Source of the DNA: Trichosphaerium sp. ATCC 40318
Lineage: Eukaryota; Protista; Tubulinea
Length of the DNA stretch: 64,000 nt
Direction: 5' to 3'
NCBI GenBank assembly: GCA_038496445.1
Contig: JALMLS010000418.1
Location: forward strand, 124,001 to 188,000
Under the pieces are notes generated by a model that was not told the DNA's origin, did not search any database, and saw nothing but the letters and a program-made list of their open reading frames with translations. The position numbers were made by a program, and so were the translations under genes. Shown piece by piece: positions 11,800 to 25,350 of the stretch (position 1 is the first letter of the stretch; each line of letters opens with the position of its first letter).

Positions 11800-13882
11800 A
11801 TGGAGTACGGTCTAGGCCTAGATTTAGATGATTTACAGGCGTTGTACAAGGTATAGGCTGAATCCTTTCTATTCAACCCTAAAATCGCCACAGGAAACAT
11901 TTATGTCTGTATTTGCTGGCTCTAATTCAGGCGTGATACCAGAGAGGATTTATCCAAACGTAGATTTTCGTGGGAGACCTTCGAGTTTACTTGGGTTTTA
12001 CGACAATCCAACAAGAGATTCTGTCGAAGGAGAAAATATTGGTCGCTACGACGCTTTAATACGCGATGCTAAAGGTTCGTAGCTGAAAATCGGTTCAAAT
12101 CAACGCTTCTAGCTCTAAAAAGCGTCTTTGACGCATAATTACACTGTTTTATCAATAGTTTACATACATGCTAACTTTTTTCTTTAACAGTTGTAATGGG
12201 TGACACCAAGCAGGTTGCTTTTCATTCATTCGACTCTTCAGCTGATCCTGTTGGATTATGTATGAGTTTAGAAAGAAAGTATTCTCGAAAATTTGAAATG
12301 AGGCACTTGTTCGGCTTGGGTGTACGTTCCTCCTTTTTAGCCAATTACCACGCTTTTATATAAATTATTTTAAATGTTTACATCTGTCACAGGCAGCAAG
12401 GGGTACGTACTCTATGTATATGGAAGCAAAGCCAGTAAAAGATGTACGTGGGACTGTTGTTGCAACATTCATTTAGAGTTTATTTTGATCAAAATAAGCT
12501 TAAAAACATTTTCGTTTTCTCGTCTCCTCTCCACGGATCTATGTTGAATCTATTGTGATGGTGTAGAAAATAGTTTAGTGGAGTGGTAGAGAACTAAGAG
12601 CCAATAAATTGAACGGTTGGAACTGAGGTTCTAACGGAAAACGGCAATTTTGGATTCATTTCTTACTTTTTTTTTTTGCTGACTTTGTATAGCTCTTTAT
12701 GTCATCCAGATTAACTCCTAAACGTGACGGAATGGATGTAACTGCTCAAATTGCTGCTGGTAACATTTATGGTAACCTTGGAACGACAGTTGGCGCATAT
12801 TATAACTTTGAACCAAAAACCTCTCAGGATCAAGCAGAGTTTACATTTTTACAACGTGGTACGTTCTTATGTTCAGATACAATTTTTTTCAATATTAGAG
12901 GCGTATCTTTATGGTCACGTGACATAGAAAGAAGCCACTTTATTATTTTTTTGACAAGCTCTCATTCTATTCAAAGCAAGAAGTTTTGCGTTTTCAGCAG
13001 AAATGATGCGCGATACTAGATTTACTACAATTTTTGGCATTACAGCAACTCCTTTACCTCATATGCATATTGGTGGACAATTTCGTTATGTAATCAAAGA
13101 GGGGCAACAATACTACGGCTATGAGTTTGCTACACGATGTAGATTAGGAGCAAAAAGAAGAGGTATGTTATTTATTTTTTTTGGGCGTATTTAAATGTAA
13201 ATTTGGATTAATTGGTTTGTTTTGTAGAAATCATTGGTGCCCGATATGTTAAGCCACCTACACAGCCAACACAATACCTTGATTTAACATACGGAAGAAT
13301 TCTTAGTCATTCTCTTAAACTGGTGTCATTTCTTCGATGTGCAAAGAAAGCTAAGTAAGTGAAAAAAAACCAAAAAACTTAAAACATTTTTATTGACTTT
13401 GCTAACCACGTATCTTAGTAAGTATACTGCAGAAGCTCGTGTTGGATATAGTTACTTGTTTAATCCATTCACAGCAATCAATGTACGCGCATACTGTTGC
13501 TTGAGCGCATACTTAATCACAAAAAACTAGGCAATGCTTTCAGCTGATGGTAAAGTCGGATTTTACATCGAGAGCCAACTTGATAACACATTTCCTGTCC
13601 GATTCTCATGTAGAACAATATTTGATTATCCTAATAGCAAATATACGTACGTCAAACTAATAACCACAGTAGTTTAATCACGTTTGTTCCAAAAAAAAAA
13701 AAGTAAAAAAAAAGTGAAACTTATTGTTTTTTAACAGAGTTGGATTTGGTGCTGTATTCCATTTGACTGGGCTACTGTCTGAAGCTAAAGCTACTGAGTA
13801 TCTCCAACGTGGAAGAATAAAGGGAGAAAGAGAACCACCTGTCTTCTATTCACCTTCTATCACTGAAGAGGTCGACATTTGA
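11800..13882 (+). CDS. TOM40: Tom40-like mitochondrial outer-membrane beta-barrel (eukaryotic porin family), many exons
   Basis: NIGRYDALIRDAK resembles the Tom40 NPGxxEELHRxxK helix, followed by amphipathic beta strands, a final strand VGFGAVF and a ~40-aa extension. Confidence 0.65.
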
Positions 13883-14227
13883 AAATATTTTTACAAAAAA
13901 AAAGACAGACCCCTTTGTATTGGTCTTTTTGCAAAAGTAAGTAAAAAAATGCTATCAACCTTGTATCATTCAAATTCTTGTATTTTGATTGTTGCTTCTG
14001 TTACACACGTGATCATTCCAAGGAGAAAACCAAGGAACGAGTGACATTCTGCTTGTTTCAGTTTTTTGAAGACAATATTCACGCCTTACCTAACACAACT
14101 TACATGTAATTGCTCCAGTTTTTTTTTGCATACTTGACTTAAAAGGAGAACAAGAGCTCAGTATTGAAGGTAGAGCCAAAATGAGGATGACATTTGACTT
14201 CGCTTTACTTTCCAAAAGTCACGTGCC

Positions 14228-16349
14228 ATGGCAGAGCGTCACGCCATCACCTTGCGGTCAAAAAGTCCTTTTAAGATCAAGTTAAAGATAAGACAGGTAA
14301 TTCTGGTACTTGTAGTTGCCGTAGTGGCTTTCAATGCGTTACTGTATAGTTGGGCGATGTTATCTACGCCCAAAGTATCTGCCATTTCGTTCGCAGTAGT
14401 ACGAAAGTAATTCTGAACGTTTTCTTACGTTTTAATACGTATTATAGCAACCTGAGGCACATAGTGATAATGTTCGAAAGTTTTCAGGTCCTCCTAAAGC
14501 GCTGATGGAACAGGTGAAGGAACAAGGCATGTCACACATCTTTTTTCAGTAAACTATTTCACAATTTAAAAACTACCCTTACGTACACGTGCGTATACTC
14601 CAGAAACCAATTCTTTTCTTAAACTTTTCATCTTCGCCAAGTTACGCCTACAGCTAGAAATCTCTTGGAGGTATCTTTTTTGCTAATTGTTTTGTAAAAT
14701 ATCACGTTTTTTGTCAAACCAACTCTTGCAAAGATTATTATCGCTTACAGTGTAAATATATGTAGGAATTATATGTAAGACAATACATGCTGGTTGGAGA
14801 CCTCAAAACGCATGCATTGTATATCAACTACATGTGATACAAAACAAATACTACTATGCCAATCCATCAAAAAATATCAGTACTGAGGATCCCATATTGT
14901 TCCTAGAGAGCCCTGCCAATCTTCTTAGAGCAGATCAATACCTTCATTATGGTTCACCAGATGTAATAGCTACTACCAATGAAACAATCAAGGTCACTAT
15001 CACCCACAAGTTCTTTTTTTTTTGAAAACATAAAGGAGTGATTTGCACTCTAGAAATAAGTGACTCATTGAATATTCGTTTAGCTGCCTGATGATAAATT
15101 TCATGTTGTGGTCTCTAACTGCCTTCCCAATATATTCCATGTCACCCATGATTGCAGTCTTGGCATAGCACTAACTTTAGATTTTTGGAATGTAACTGAC
15201 TCTGATGTTGGCATATTTATGTTGAAAGATTGGCCATATAATCCACCAAAAGAAAAAGCAAGGGCAATGTATGGTGATTGGCTAGCAAAGACTTTTACAT
15301 CTGATGATATGCACTATGCAGGCAAGTTTATAGCAAAGCAAAGTTGGTTAAAGCATTGTCCTAAACTAAAACAAGGTCTGACACTTCCTGGTTTTAATCA
15401 GCATAAGCCCTTTTATGTACCCTATGCTATTGTTGGTATTCAAAATCAAAGAAGTTGGCCACCAGCAACAAAAAGCCTTCGGGGGTTAATAGCAACTCGT
15501 CATAATGTCAACTTGACAAGCAGGTGGGAAAAAAAACTTGAGTTTCCGGATACTCGCATTGTACTATGGAAGCGTGGCTATAGTCCAGGAAGAGGAGGTA
15601 ATTCAACAACACAAAGGGTATGTCTCAGTGATTGTACACAACAATAGTTCATCCGAGACTTTTCTCCTTGTAGAGTCAGATAGAGACAAAAACGTTCTGT
15701 TTTTCAATGTGCTAATTAAGGTAGATAACCAGAAACATTGTAAACCATGATGAAGTCAAAGCGACTCTTGAATCAATTCCGAATGTTGTCGTAGATGTGT
15801 ATTCTGGATCAGGAAAAACAGTTCAGCAACAGATTGAATTTGTACACTCAGTTTTTTTTTACAAAGTGAAGTGTCCTAATGTAGTTAGATGTGTAATGTT
15901 GATATTCTGATTAAAGTACATGGTTCAGGTTCATTAAATATTCTATGGATGGAACCAAATACTGCTTTTATTCAAGTATATAACCAACCGTCTTGGTACA
16001 TATAGTTTCTCAAGTTGAAGTTCTAATAAGGTTTATTTTAAGGTATGCACACCGTGATACTTACTTACACTTGTCACATTCTGTTGATGTTCGTTACTTC
16101 TCTTATAACTCTGAAATTACACCTTGGAAACCTGAAACATATCACTGTGGATCTATCACTTATGAGGAATGCCTTAATCTTGAACCTGGAGAGTATGAGC
16201 AATGTTGTAGCTCTTGGAAGATTGAACATGATATTATTGTTGATGTTAAAATATTGAAAGAATTAGTTCTTAAGGCCATGGATCCAAGTTATAAACCAAC
16301 ATGTATATATCCACTAGGAAAAGGAGGATCTTACAATAAATGTGAATAA
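14228..16349 (+). CDS. Type II membrane glycosyltransferase, GT61/DUF563-like
   Basis: N-terminal TM (VILVLVVAVVAFNALLY), NIFHVTHD, and spliced NVDILIKVHGSGSLNILWMEPNTAFIQV matching the GT61 xHGAGLxN motif. Confidence 0.8.
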
Positions 16350-16396
16350 ATGTACAAAAGAAAAAAACTTAAGTTTTGGACAAGGAAGGCGTTCAA

Positions 16397-16836
16397 ATGC
16401 TTGTCGATATTCCATTAAAATATGAATTAACTGCATGCAGCTTAACAATAAACATAACTGCAGAATTAATGGGTAACGGCGGGAAAACAAAGACAAACAG
16501 TCTTAGAATGTGTTGGACACTTTTCCCTGATTGTTTTCTTGTGTACATTACATATTTTCTGAAGGATTTGGTGCTGACTTGATTGAGCTTGTTCAAAAAA
16601 TACACAACTCAGAACCTCAGGATATTGATATACCACGTCCAGATAGAATAGTAAAATACTTTAAAAACGTTTCAGTATCACGTGTTGAAGAAGGTAAAGA
16701 CAAGAATCCGAGAATGACTTCAAAGAGATTGGACACTCTCTTGAAGGACTTGAAGCGTCTTTCTACGCCTTTAGAATATCCTATATTCAAGTCTTGTGTA
16801 GAGTTACCAGATGAGGTTAGCCAAGATACACCATGA
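16397..16836 (+). CDS. Possible small two-exon hypothetical gene
   Basis: MLVDIPLKYELT..ELMG|FGADLIELVQK..QDTP* can be joined through one GT-AG intron. No homology recognised. Confidence 0.35.
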
Positions 16837-17092
16837 GGGGTATTTATAGCACTAAGGTTGTAAAAAAGAAGTAAAATAAACATCTGTAAAACAAAATGTT
16901 TTTCCGCCATGTATCTTACAACTCAGTTTGTTTACGCAAACTAACAGATCTTGATACAATAGACTACGGTAGTATTGCTCTATTTATGTATTTTTTAAGT
17001 GTAGTACATTCGTTTAGAGTGTTTATTTCATTACAACAGCTGTTGTAGAAATGTATCTATCACGTTTAGCCTTGTACTTTTTTTTCCGTCCA

Positions 17093-18738
17093 TTATTCCA
17101 CTTTAAAGGTAACATTGTTGTTTTATCAATAGCAAATTGATTCCACCTTTCAGCTTTACCCTGATCTACAATACCTGCTAATCTAAACAGTACAAGTAAG
17201 CTTTAAAATAATGAAGGCCATGTGAAGGAAAATTGAGACGTCTCACAAGCTTGAAACAAAACAAAAGACTAATGCGAAATCCAATGACTCATTGTCTATA
17301 AAAAAACAGCATAGTTACCTTGCTTCAATGATTAGAGGGCGACCCCAGTGAACATGTGGTCCAGGAAACATAGTGGTCCAACTAATATTACCAAGCATAC
17401 TTTTGAGCATATCTATATACGATTTTTCAGCCCAACACGTGTACCGTGCCTCAAGTTTGCTGTAGAAAAAGTAAAAAAACATTACATGTGGATGTTTAAA
17501 ACGTACTCATTGACATAGGCTGGTCCATATTTGGATCTACAACAACAAAAATAAATATCCACATTAATGCCGCTCTAGATTCTTTTGTATTGTACACTTA
17601 CCCTTGAACTTTGTCCCTATAAGCTCTCTTTTGAGCTTGAGTCTCACCTTTTGACTTCCTACCTGTATCATGATACCATGCTTTCAAGTATGGCACAGAT
17701 ACTATAAACTGTCTAGTCTAAAAACATGCGTTTTTAGTGGTTACTTTGAATGAAAAGTACAATGTTGAAGTGTAAGATTTTCTATTGCTATACGTTGGAG
17801 TCATTCATGTGTACATACCTCAACCATGTGTAATAATAATTCCCAGTCATTCTTTTGTTTCTTGTTTGCATTCGAACATCTCGTTTCAAGTGTTTGGATC
17901 AAATCATCAATGTGGAAGATAAGTTGCTGAAAATGTTTTAATGTGGAGAAGATAGTATTCGAACTAGATTTACCTTTGCTGTTTTATCTCTATCAGTCAT
18001 ATCTAGAATAGAAACCAAACACTGAGCAGCATGAAGGCATACATCTTCATCTTCATGTTTGAGAAGAAGATAGTACATTTCATCGATTTTACTAAATAGA
18101 TGTTTACTTTTCAATAAGATTAGTCCTTGCAGCGTACTCTTGTCCAGAACTGATTGTACTACAGCTTTGAAATGGTGTAGTGACTTTTAAACAATCGATT
18201 AGATCAATCAAGTATTCAGTATCATCTCCAGAATCATCACTAAACAACTAAGTCAAGAAGATTAAAAAAATGTGTTTTAGTACATACTCTTCTAATTCAT
18301 CTTCAATAACGTTTTGTATGCTCTCGAGTATTGTGTCCCACAAGAACTTATGACCTTTGGGTGTGATACTGCCTCCTTGGAATCCATATATCATACACAA
18401 AGTTTTCAACGCCTTGTAGAAGTATTACTATTAAACTATTTATCAGCTTCCTTTTACCTTTGTTCTCAGTTTAATACTAACTCCTTTATCGTTAAAGGTA
18501 TCATAGAAAAAGCTTTCAAACTCTCTAACAAACGTGCTATCATAGAATTCAAGCGCTTGACGGTCGTGTATCCATTTCTCACTCTCTACAAATCGAATAA
18601 GCTGTCCTTCTAAACACTAATTAAAAAATCGTTCACAGCCAAAAAAAAAAAAAAAAAAAGACTAAATGCGGTGTATCACGTGCCTGTCGTAACGTCTTTA
18701 CGTTTTATTGTAAGTTTGTCATTTCTTGTCCATACCAT
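17093..18738 (-). CDS. Hypothetical multi-exon helical (ARM/HEAT-like) protein, absent from ORF track
   Basis: Manual splicing gives MVWTRNDKLTIKRKDVTT|EGQLIRFVESEKWIHDRQ..LLKHEDEDVCLHAAQCLVSIL..TTMLPLKVE*. The first intron is GC-AG. Confidence 0.65.
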
Positions 18739-20512
18739 AAAACAAACATTCGCTAATCCAAAAGCAAGGCTTCTCACAGTTTCGTCTTTTGACGCCTTTT
18801 GTGCGAAATTAGCTTTTTGTGAAATATACATTTTAAAGTACCAGTGTGACTTTAAGAATATCGAAAGTACCTTGTACAGCGCATCTTGAGTCTCCTTCGC
18901 GCGCTAAGAAGGTCTTTAGGAGTTTTGTGGGCAATTTTATTATGCCGTTACAGGCTTTGCGAAAGAGTGCGTTTATAAGCTGTTTTGCGTACCTTTCAAG
19001 TAAGTGAACCATTTTAAGAATTGTTTTTGTTGTTGGGTGCTATTTACAGTTATTCGAGTATAGTTGAGCGAAAGAGAGCGTATTTTGGTACTTTGAAGGG
19101 TTTACGAGGGTAATATAGTCTTGCGATGTTGTCTGCCTACAATTACCTGTTAAACAACTTTGTATCATACCCATTACATAGCAACACTGAGTGTATCGTA
19201 CAAGAAATCAAATGAGGTGAAGTCTTTGTTTATTTGCTTAGCTTTCGTTCCACGCTTCTCACGTACTCTGGACTGTTTCAACATGTTGCGTTACACGTTC
19301 AGCGTACTCAAAAGAAAATGCTGCAACTATTTTCACTGAAAATAGCCTCTTACTTTCGCCTTTTTTTCAGGTATTAATGTATACTAAGTCACTGCGCAGC
19401 TGTTGCAAACATTAAAATAACTTGTTTCACAGTACTACAAAGCGTGCATAGCACCAAACGTTGCTACTTGCGGGTTTTTTTGTGAATCGGGGCGGGTTTG
19501 TATTGCCTTGGATGTCCGCTCATATCACGTTTTTTTTGCCAATCATATTTTACAATCCATCCTCACAGTTAGTAAGCTGATTATTGGTTATACTAACCAT
19601 ACGATATTGGTGCGTACTGTAGCAAGTTCACTGACAGTAAGTAAAGTGTTTATTTCATTACAATACCTGATGGAGAAATGTATTTATCACCAGTATGTTT
19701 CAATACTTACTTGGCAGCGAGTTCCTGCACGACTTTGTGGTCCTTACAATCTTTCACCAAACATTATCAGGCTGAGATTTAGACCTTCAACCGCATTACC
19801 ATCTTCGATTCCTCTCCCTTGGAGTACTTATCTAATCTATGGCTCTAATCCCAGACAGCTCAATGGCTATGACTCTAATATTTGTTGTACATCACAAGAA
19901 TAGAGGAAAGTAGTACATTACTTGTACAACGCTAGGCCAAAACAGCCTGTTTTAATATTGTTTTCAGAAACTGGTAACCGACTCGATTGAGTGGTCTCTT
20001 GTTGTGGAACCATGTTCTGTGCAAAAACTGAAATATTGAAATACAACTTTTTGTATTATTAGCTCTAGTTTTTACTTTTGAGATAAACTGCGAGGAACAA
20101 ATTCTGGTTATTGATAAACGACTTTTTTTTTACTCCGTTTCTAACAACACAACGGCGATAAATGAATTTGGAAGAGCGCCCTTGCTCTACGTTTGTCAAA
20201 GTTTAATTTGCTGTTCCTAAAAGGTAGCTTGAATTACTTTCAGTACATTGTAAGCTAGTACCAAGCTGAGGGATTATGTAGCGGATAATTCGTGTGCTAT
20301 CCAAGAAGTACAAGTCAATTTTTTTACTACTTTCGTCTTACTTGGGACACAATCACGGCTATCTCTCCTTAATACCAAAAGGTTATAAAAAAACTGATCA
20401 CGTGATTATTTACGTAAATATTAAGTATAACAAAATTTGGAGCTGAAATAGTGTTTTTTCTGTTACGATGCATGCCTCAGGCACGTGCGAACATTCTTCG
20501 TATTATTTGATC

Positions 20513-23500
20513 ATGTTCGGTGCTAAAAACAATATTAGTTAAATTAGGAAGACTGCTGTTGCTGTGTGCGAGCTTTCTCAGTCTAGTTAATGCCGCACAG
20601 CGGGTCTCGGCAGTTACAGCAGACGCTGTTATGTTCGGAAACGATTCACGTATTGTAAGTTGAACTTTTTTGTTGATGCAAAAAAAAAAGAGTACTAACT
20701 TTACCTCAACAGCCCGTGCAATACGGTTCTTTTGGCTTTAAATTGCTAACGACTGACGATGAAGTCTCTGAGGTAGATGTTTATTTCTCCCGGGAAAGAC
20801 CCGTAAAGCATTTTGTGGAAAGCTGGACGGTTTCTTCGGCAAGTTGTCAACATTTTCACAACTTATTTATGCCTTACTGACACAGTCAATAGAATACGAT
20901 AGAACAGTATACAGCATGTGATAGTAAATGTGTCAACCGCACAATAAGTGATGTAGAGGTTGTTGAGAATCCAATAGAGAGTAGTAACTGGCTAGAGAAA
21001 GAAGAAACGCATAATGTGACAATCTTACATCGAACGAATGACAGAGCGCTCCAGAATTTAAATACGTACAAAGAGAGTGTTCATTTTACTGTGTTTATTG
21101 ATACTGTAATTATAATAGGACTCGATTCCGAAGACAACCTCAGCCAGGTGTACAAGGAACGTTTTTAGATGTTGTGGAACTATACTATGAAGAAGGAGCC
21201 TCAGTACTGGTCAGGTAAACAAGCTTGAAGGTGGTCATGTGACGTTTTTGTTTTACAATTTTTTAACAGGATTGTATTCTCTGATGATATTATCATCGAT
21301 GTTCACAATGCAACAGAACAATACGTATCACCAATAGTCTCGAAAGATACTTGTAATGAAGCTCTATGTGTTGACGCTACAGATTTGATGTTTGGTGAGT
21401 TTTTGCTTACATAACATCCTGTCACGTGTTTACATTCCTATGTAGTGATTGATGCATCTCAAAATGCCTTAGGTGACGAAACTTGTACCACGGAAGGTAC
21501 AGCATACATATATTTGTAGGACTTTTACCTAACTTTTATGTAAGAAGTACCTCAATGTGCTCAAGTTCCTGGAGGATATGGTTCTTTCAACAGATCAACT
21601 TTAGCAGAGTGTTGTAAGCATTTAAATTGGGACTTATATTATCAATTTATCATTGATGTGATCTCTACACTCAAACTCGGAGAGGATGGATATCGTACTG
21701 GTATAGTTTTGTATCGAGATATAGGTCAAGTTGTTTTGCCATTGGGAAGTCACACTACATCATACTTTCTAACGCACCTCTACAATATTGCAACGACGAA
21801 TATAGTGGGAGGATGCCACGATGTCACAACAGGTAATTACGTTTGTCATACTAGATACTCAACATAAATAGGTCTGTCAGCTGCACGTGATCATTTAGAT
21901 TACTATGGAAGAACTGGACGAAACAATAAAATGATGATTGTTAATCAACATCACGGTACCACATGCGGAGTATTTGACCCAAATGACAACATTGTAAACA
22001 CGCTGGAGTCTCAGGTAATGAAAAAAACAAGGTATCATGTATCAACATCAACATAGGACTTTTCAGTTCTCTCAATTGAAATTGGAACGCCAGATTCTGG
22101 TCTGTTGTCGTTCCCAAACACTATTACCATCTCAAGCAGCTCCTTGCTGTCATCAGCTGTACCGACTATCTCACCGTTAATATGTCCAAGTGAGTATGCT
22201 GAATGTGTTGTCAACCATGCTAATCTCTCTAACTTAGAGGTACGGAGTTTATGTGGCCCTAGATGCAACGCTGAGTGTACATGTGATCAAGAGTGTACAT
22301 GTGAGGATACCAAATGTGTGGATACGAACGTTTGTACACAAAATAGCTGTAGAAGTTCAGGTGAAGGATGTTATTTTCCACCACGTGTTATCTACCCAAA
22401 TTTTGACACGCCAGTAAGTGTACATTGTACGTATTTATTTCAATCTCAGGTTGGATGTGTATTAACACGTGAAATTTGCAGGTGGCTCACCTTCTTTTTG
22501 CAATCAAGACTTTGGATTGGTGTTTCCAAACCCCGGGGTCCTAAGTAGTTGTACACCAAGTAAGTCTTGAACATGTTTGTATGGAAATGTAGACTTGTTA
22601 CTTACAACTGAAAGTTCCACGCCTCGAATGCCGCTACAACAATGGAGCTGAGTGCATCACGACGACGGAGTTCAAAGAATGCGATCCTGCTTGTGAATCT
22701 TCAGATATATGTAATATCTCTTACTGCGATCCTAAAACTGGCACATGTATTAATGAAAAAAGAGTTCCTGGATCACCTGCATTCGCGTGTAATGAGGGAG
22801 GCTCCGATAGCTTGGAATATTGTGATGCTAACTTTACCTCTAATATTTTCCCGCCTGGGTTTCCTGGATGCAAACCAAAACTACTCTCTGTAGTACGTTG
22901 CTTGTAATTATCCATTCTTGTATTCACAAACCTTATTTTGTCTAGATTTGTTTATCTCAATTACCTTCATGTATGCTATACGATCCAAACATAGTAAGTT
23001 GGCACTTGGCCCCTTTTCAAATTCCTGAAGCTCCAAACCAAACGTTCTATAATCCAGAATGCCTCTATGAACCTGATCCAACTTGTTTCAACGCTGAAAT
23101 ACCTCTGATACCTACAACTATGGCTCCAACAACCTTGGCTCCAACAACCCTACCGCCCACAACAAATCCTCCCACAACAAATCCTCCCACAACAACGCCA
23201 CCAACAATCTCACCACCTATTCCACCATTTACAGCAAACTCATCAAGTGACGCTAAAACTAGCCCTTCTTTAGAGTCATCTGATATTGGTACTTCCAACT
23301 ATCACAACACGTGACTCAACTAATAGTCTTATTTAGTAATAATAGTGCTCTGTGTTGTGGTTGTTATACTTCTCGTACTTCTTGTAGGTGTCCTGTTCGC
23401 ATGGAACTATTCTGTTCGTACACGTGATGCAAGTACCGATATACGCAGTATTACATTAATTTCTAGTGAAAATAAAGAAGAAGAGCATTACGGTTCTGTA

Positions 23501-24593
23501 CCAGAGCCTCCTGTGCGAGGTGGTATCTCAAAATCGATAAAGATCCAATACAAGGAGCTTAAATTTGGTGAGAAAATTGGTGAGGGCAGTTTCGGGTCTG
23601 TTATGAAAGCCAAATACAAAGGAATAGATGTTGCTGTTAAAATATCAAGTCTTGGAGCTGATGCAAATCAAAACTTTTTAAAAGAGGTAGGACTCCTACT
23701 TATCCACAGTTTTTTGACCGTTTCTTTTTCAAGGCTGAAGTACATCTGAGTCTGAGTCCTCATTCAAACATTGTTGACACTTTGGGACTCTGTTTCTTGG
23801 ACGGAAAACCAATGTTAGTATTGGAGTTCATGGCAAATGGATCGCTCAGACAGTTGTATAAAAAAAAGAAAGATGATTTTACATTTACTGAGATCAAGAC
23901 GTATTTAAGCTCTATTGCTGCAGGGATGACTTTTCTTCATCAAAATATGATCATTCATCGGTACGCCCTCCAGTGTAAGTATTATCAAGTAACCAACATT
24001 CTTAATGTAGAGATCTTGCATGCAGAAATATCTTGGTACGATTAGCATATTAAATCTTATGTTGTTTAAAAACTGACCACGTGTTGGTAGATATCAGAAG
24101 ATAACACTCCGAAAATAAGCGATTTTGGAATGTCAAGGTATTAAGTATACTTTCCTAGTAGCTATGTATACACGGCTGTTAACATATTTCAGAAAATCAG
24201 CTATATCGGGAGGAGCACAAGAGACAAATAACAACATTGGACCAGTTCGATGGATGAGTCCTGAGTCTATAAGAAAGTTCTATGAACCTAAAAGTGATGT
24301 AAGTTAAGAAAAATAGCAAGCTCTGGGATTGAGACTTACTGTCATAGGTTTGGTCATTTGGTATGGTGATATGGGAGATCATTTATAAGACCATTCCTTT
24401 TGGCGATGTACCAGATTTGTTTGATCTTGCAATTCGCATTAGAGATGAAGGATATACACCTGAAACAGATGATCGTGTCCACCCTCGATGGAGGCAAATA
24501 ATGACGGATTGTTGGGCATTTACTGCTTCAAACAGACCTAATTTTGAAGATTTGGAGACTGTCATCAACGACGTAAAAGAAAAACCAATATGA
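20513..24593 (+). CDS. Receptor-like TKL/tyrosine-type kinase: signal peptide, vWA-like domain, Cys-rich repeats, Thr/Pro stalk, TM helix, kinase
   Basis: MFGRLLLLCASFLSLVNA; VIDASQN..RTGIVLY..GLSAARDHL (vWA-like); CESSDICNISYCDPKTGTC; PTT repeats; TM VLCVVVVILLVLLVGVLFAW; GEGSFG, VAVK, HRDLACRNIL, DFG, GPVRWMSPE, KSDVWSFG. Confidence 0.9.
23115..23215 (+). repeat. Coding 15-bp tandem repeat (PTTxP mucin-like stalk)
   Basis: ccaacaaccttggct/cccacaacaaatcct units encoding PTTMAPTTLAPTTLPPTTNPPTTNPPTTTPP. Confidence 0.85.
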
Positions 24594-24651
24594 CAGGCAC
24601 ATGTGCTACTAAACGTGCTCGTACAACTTACGTACTTTTTTTTGACAATAA

Positions 24652-24863
24652 AGCATCCAAAATTAAAAACCTTCGCGTGTGCGGGGTTGAATCCGTCACC
24701 GCAAGCACTCAAGCTCTGCAAGTTAGTAGAGGAGCAGGGTGCATACACTCACCGGTAAAGGCCATGTACACATGCCGTTTCATAATTAACTATTCGGTGA
24801 CAGAATGGCTAACAGTCCACAATTTAAAGAGTGCTTCTCCAAAGAAAAAAAAATTGTGGTTTT
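24652..24863 (+). repeat. Copy 1 of a ~210-bp dispersed structured element (candidate ncRNA gene or SINE-like)
   Basis: Near-identical to the reverse complement of 27126-27357; the core 24666-24809 differs at only three positions. Confidence 0.9.
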
Positions 24864-25350
24864 AACGGTTCCTTACTAACTAACGCAAACAGCTTTGTTG
24901 TTGTGCCTGCACTAGACTGATACAGGATTGGTTACAAAAGAGCTTGGCGTTTCTGTTTCAAGTAACGATTGTGTTGCTCTTAAAGTTAAGCTTTGTGTAT
25001 GGTATGTACCTATACGCCTTCAATGTAGTGCAAGCACTTTTTATATGGTTTAAACAAGCTTTATACTCAATTGTCTATGTGGTAGTTGATACTATTGCGA
25101 ATGACTCACCAGGAGATAGATAATAGCCAGCAAACACGATACAGATCTAAAGAAGTGGAAAACCAAAAAAAGAAAGTCCGAAAAAACGCCTCCTTTCTAT
25201 CTTCCTCATTACTATGTTAATCTCTTTGAAAGCTGTCAAATAATACGCCACGCACGCTACGTGATGTATAAACAATCAATATAATGGGCTATGTGAACTT
25301 GAAAAGCGGTCAGACTTAAAGTTGCGTCATATCTTTAGCGGACTTTATCT

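Noticed and set aside
18800-20450. ORF 19508-19903 and surrounding sequence as a gene
   Set aside because: Non-ATG start, no recognisable domain and no convincing exon chain; left unannotated.
24666-24705. tRNA gene (GGTTCAATCC, T-arm-like)
   Set aside because: No D-arm, anticodon arm or acceptor stem could be built.
24590-24865. Similar ORFs 24590-24865 (+) and 27035-27442 (-) as a duplicated protein family
   Set aside because: The similarity is confined to the nucleotide repeat; starts and ends are unrelated.
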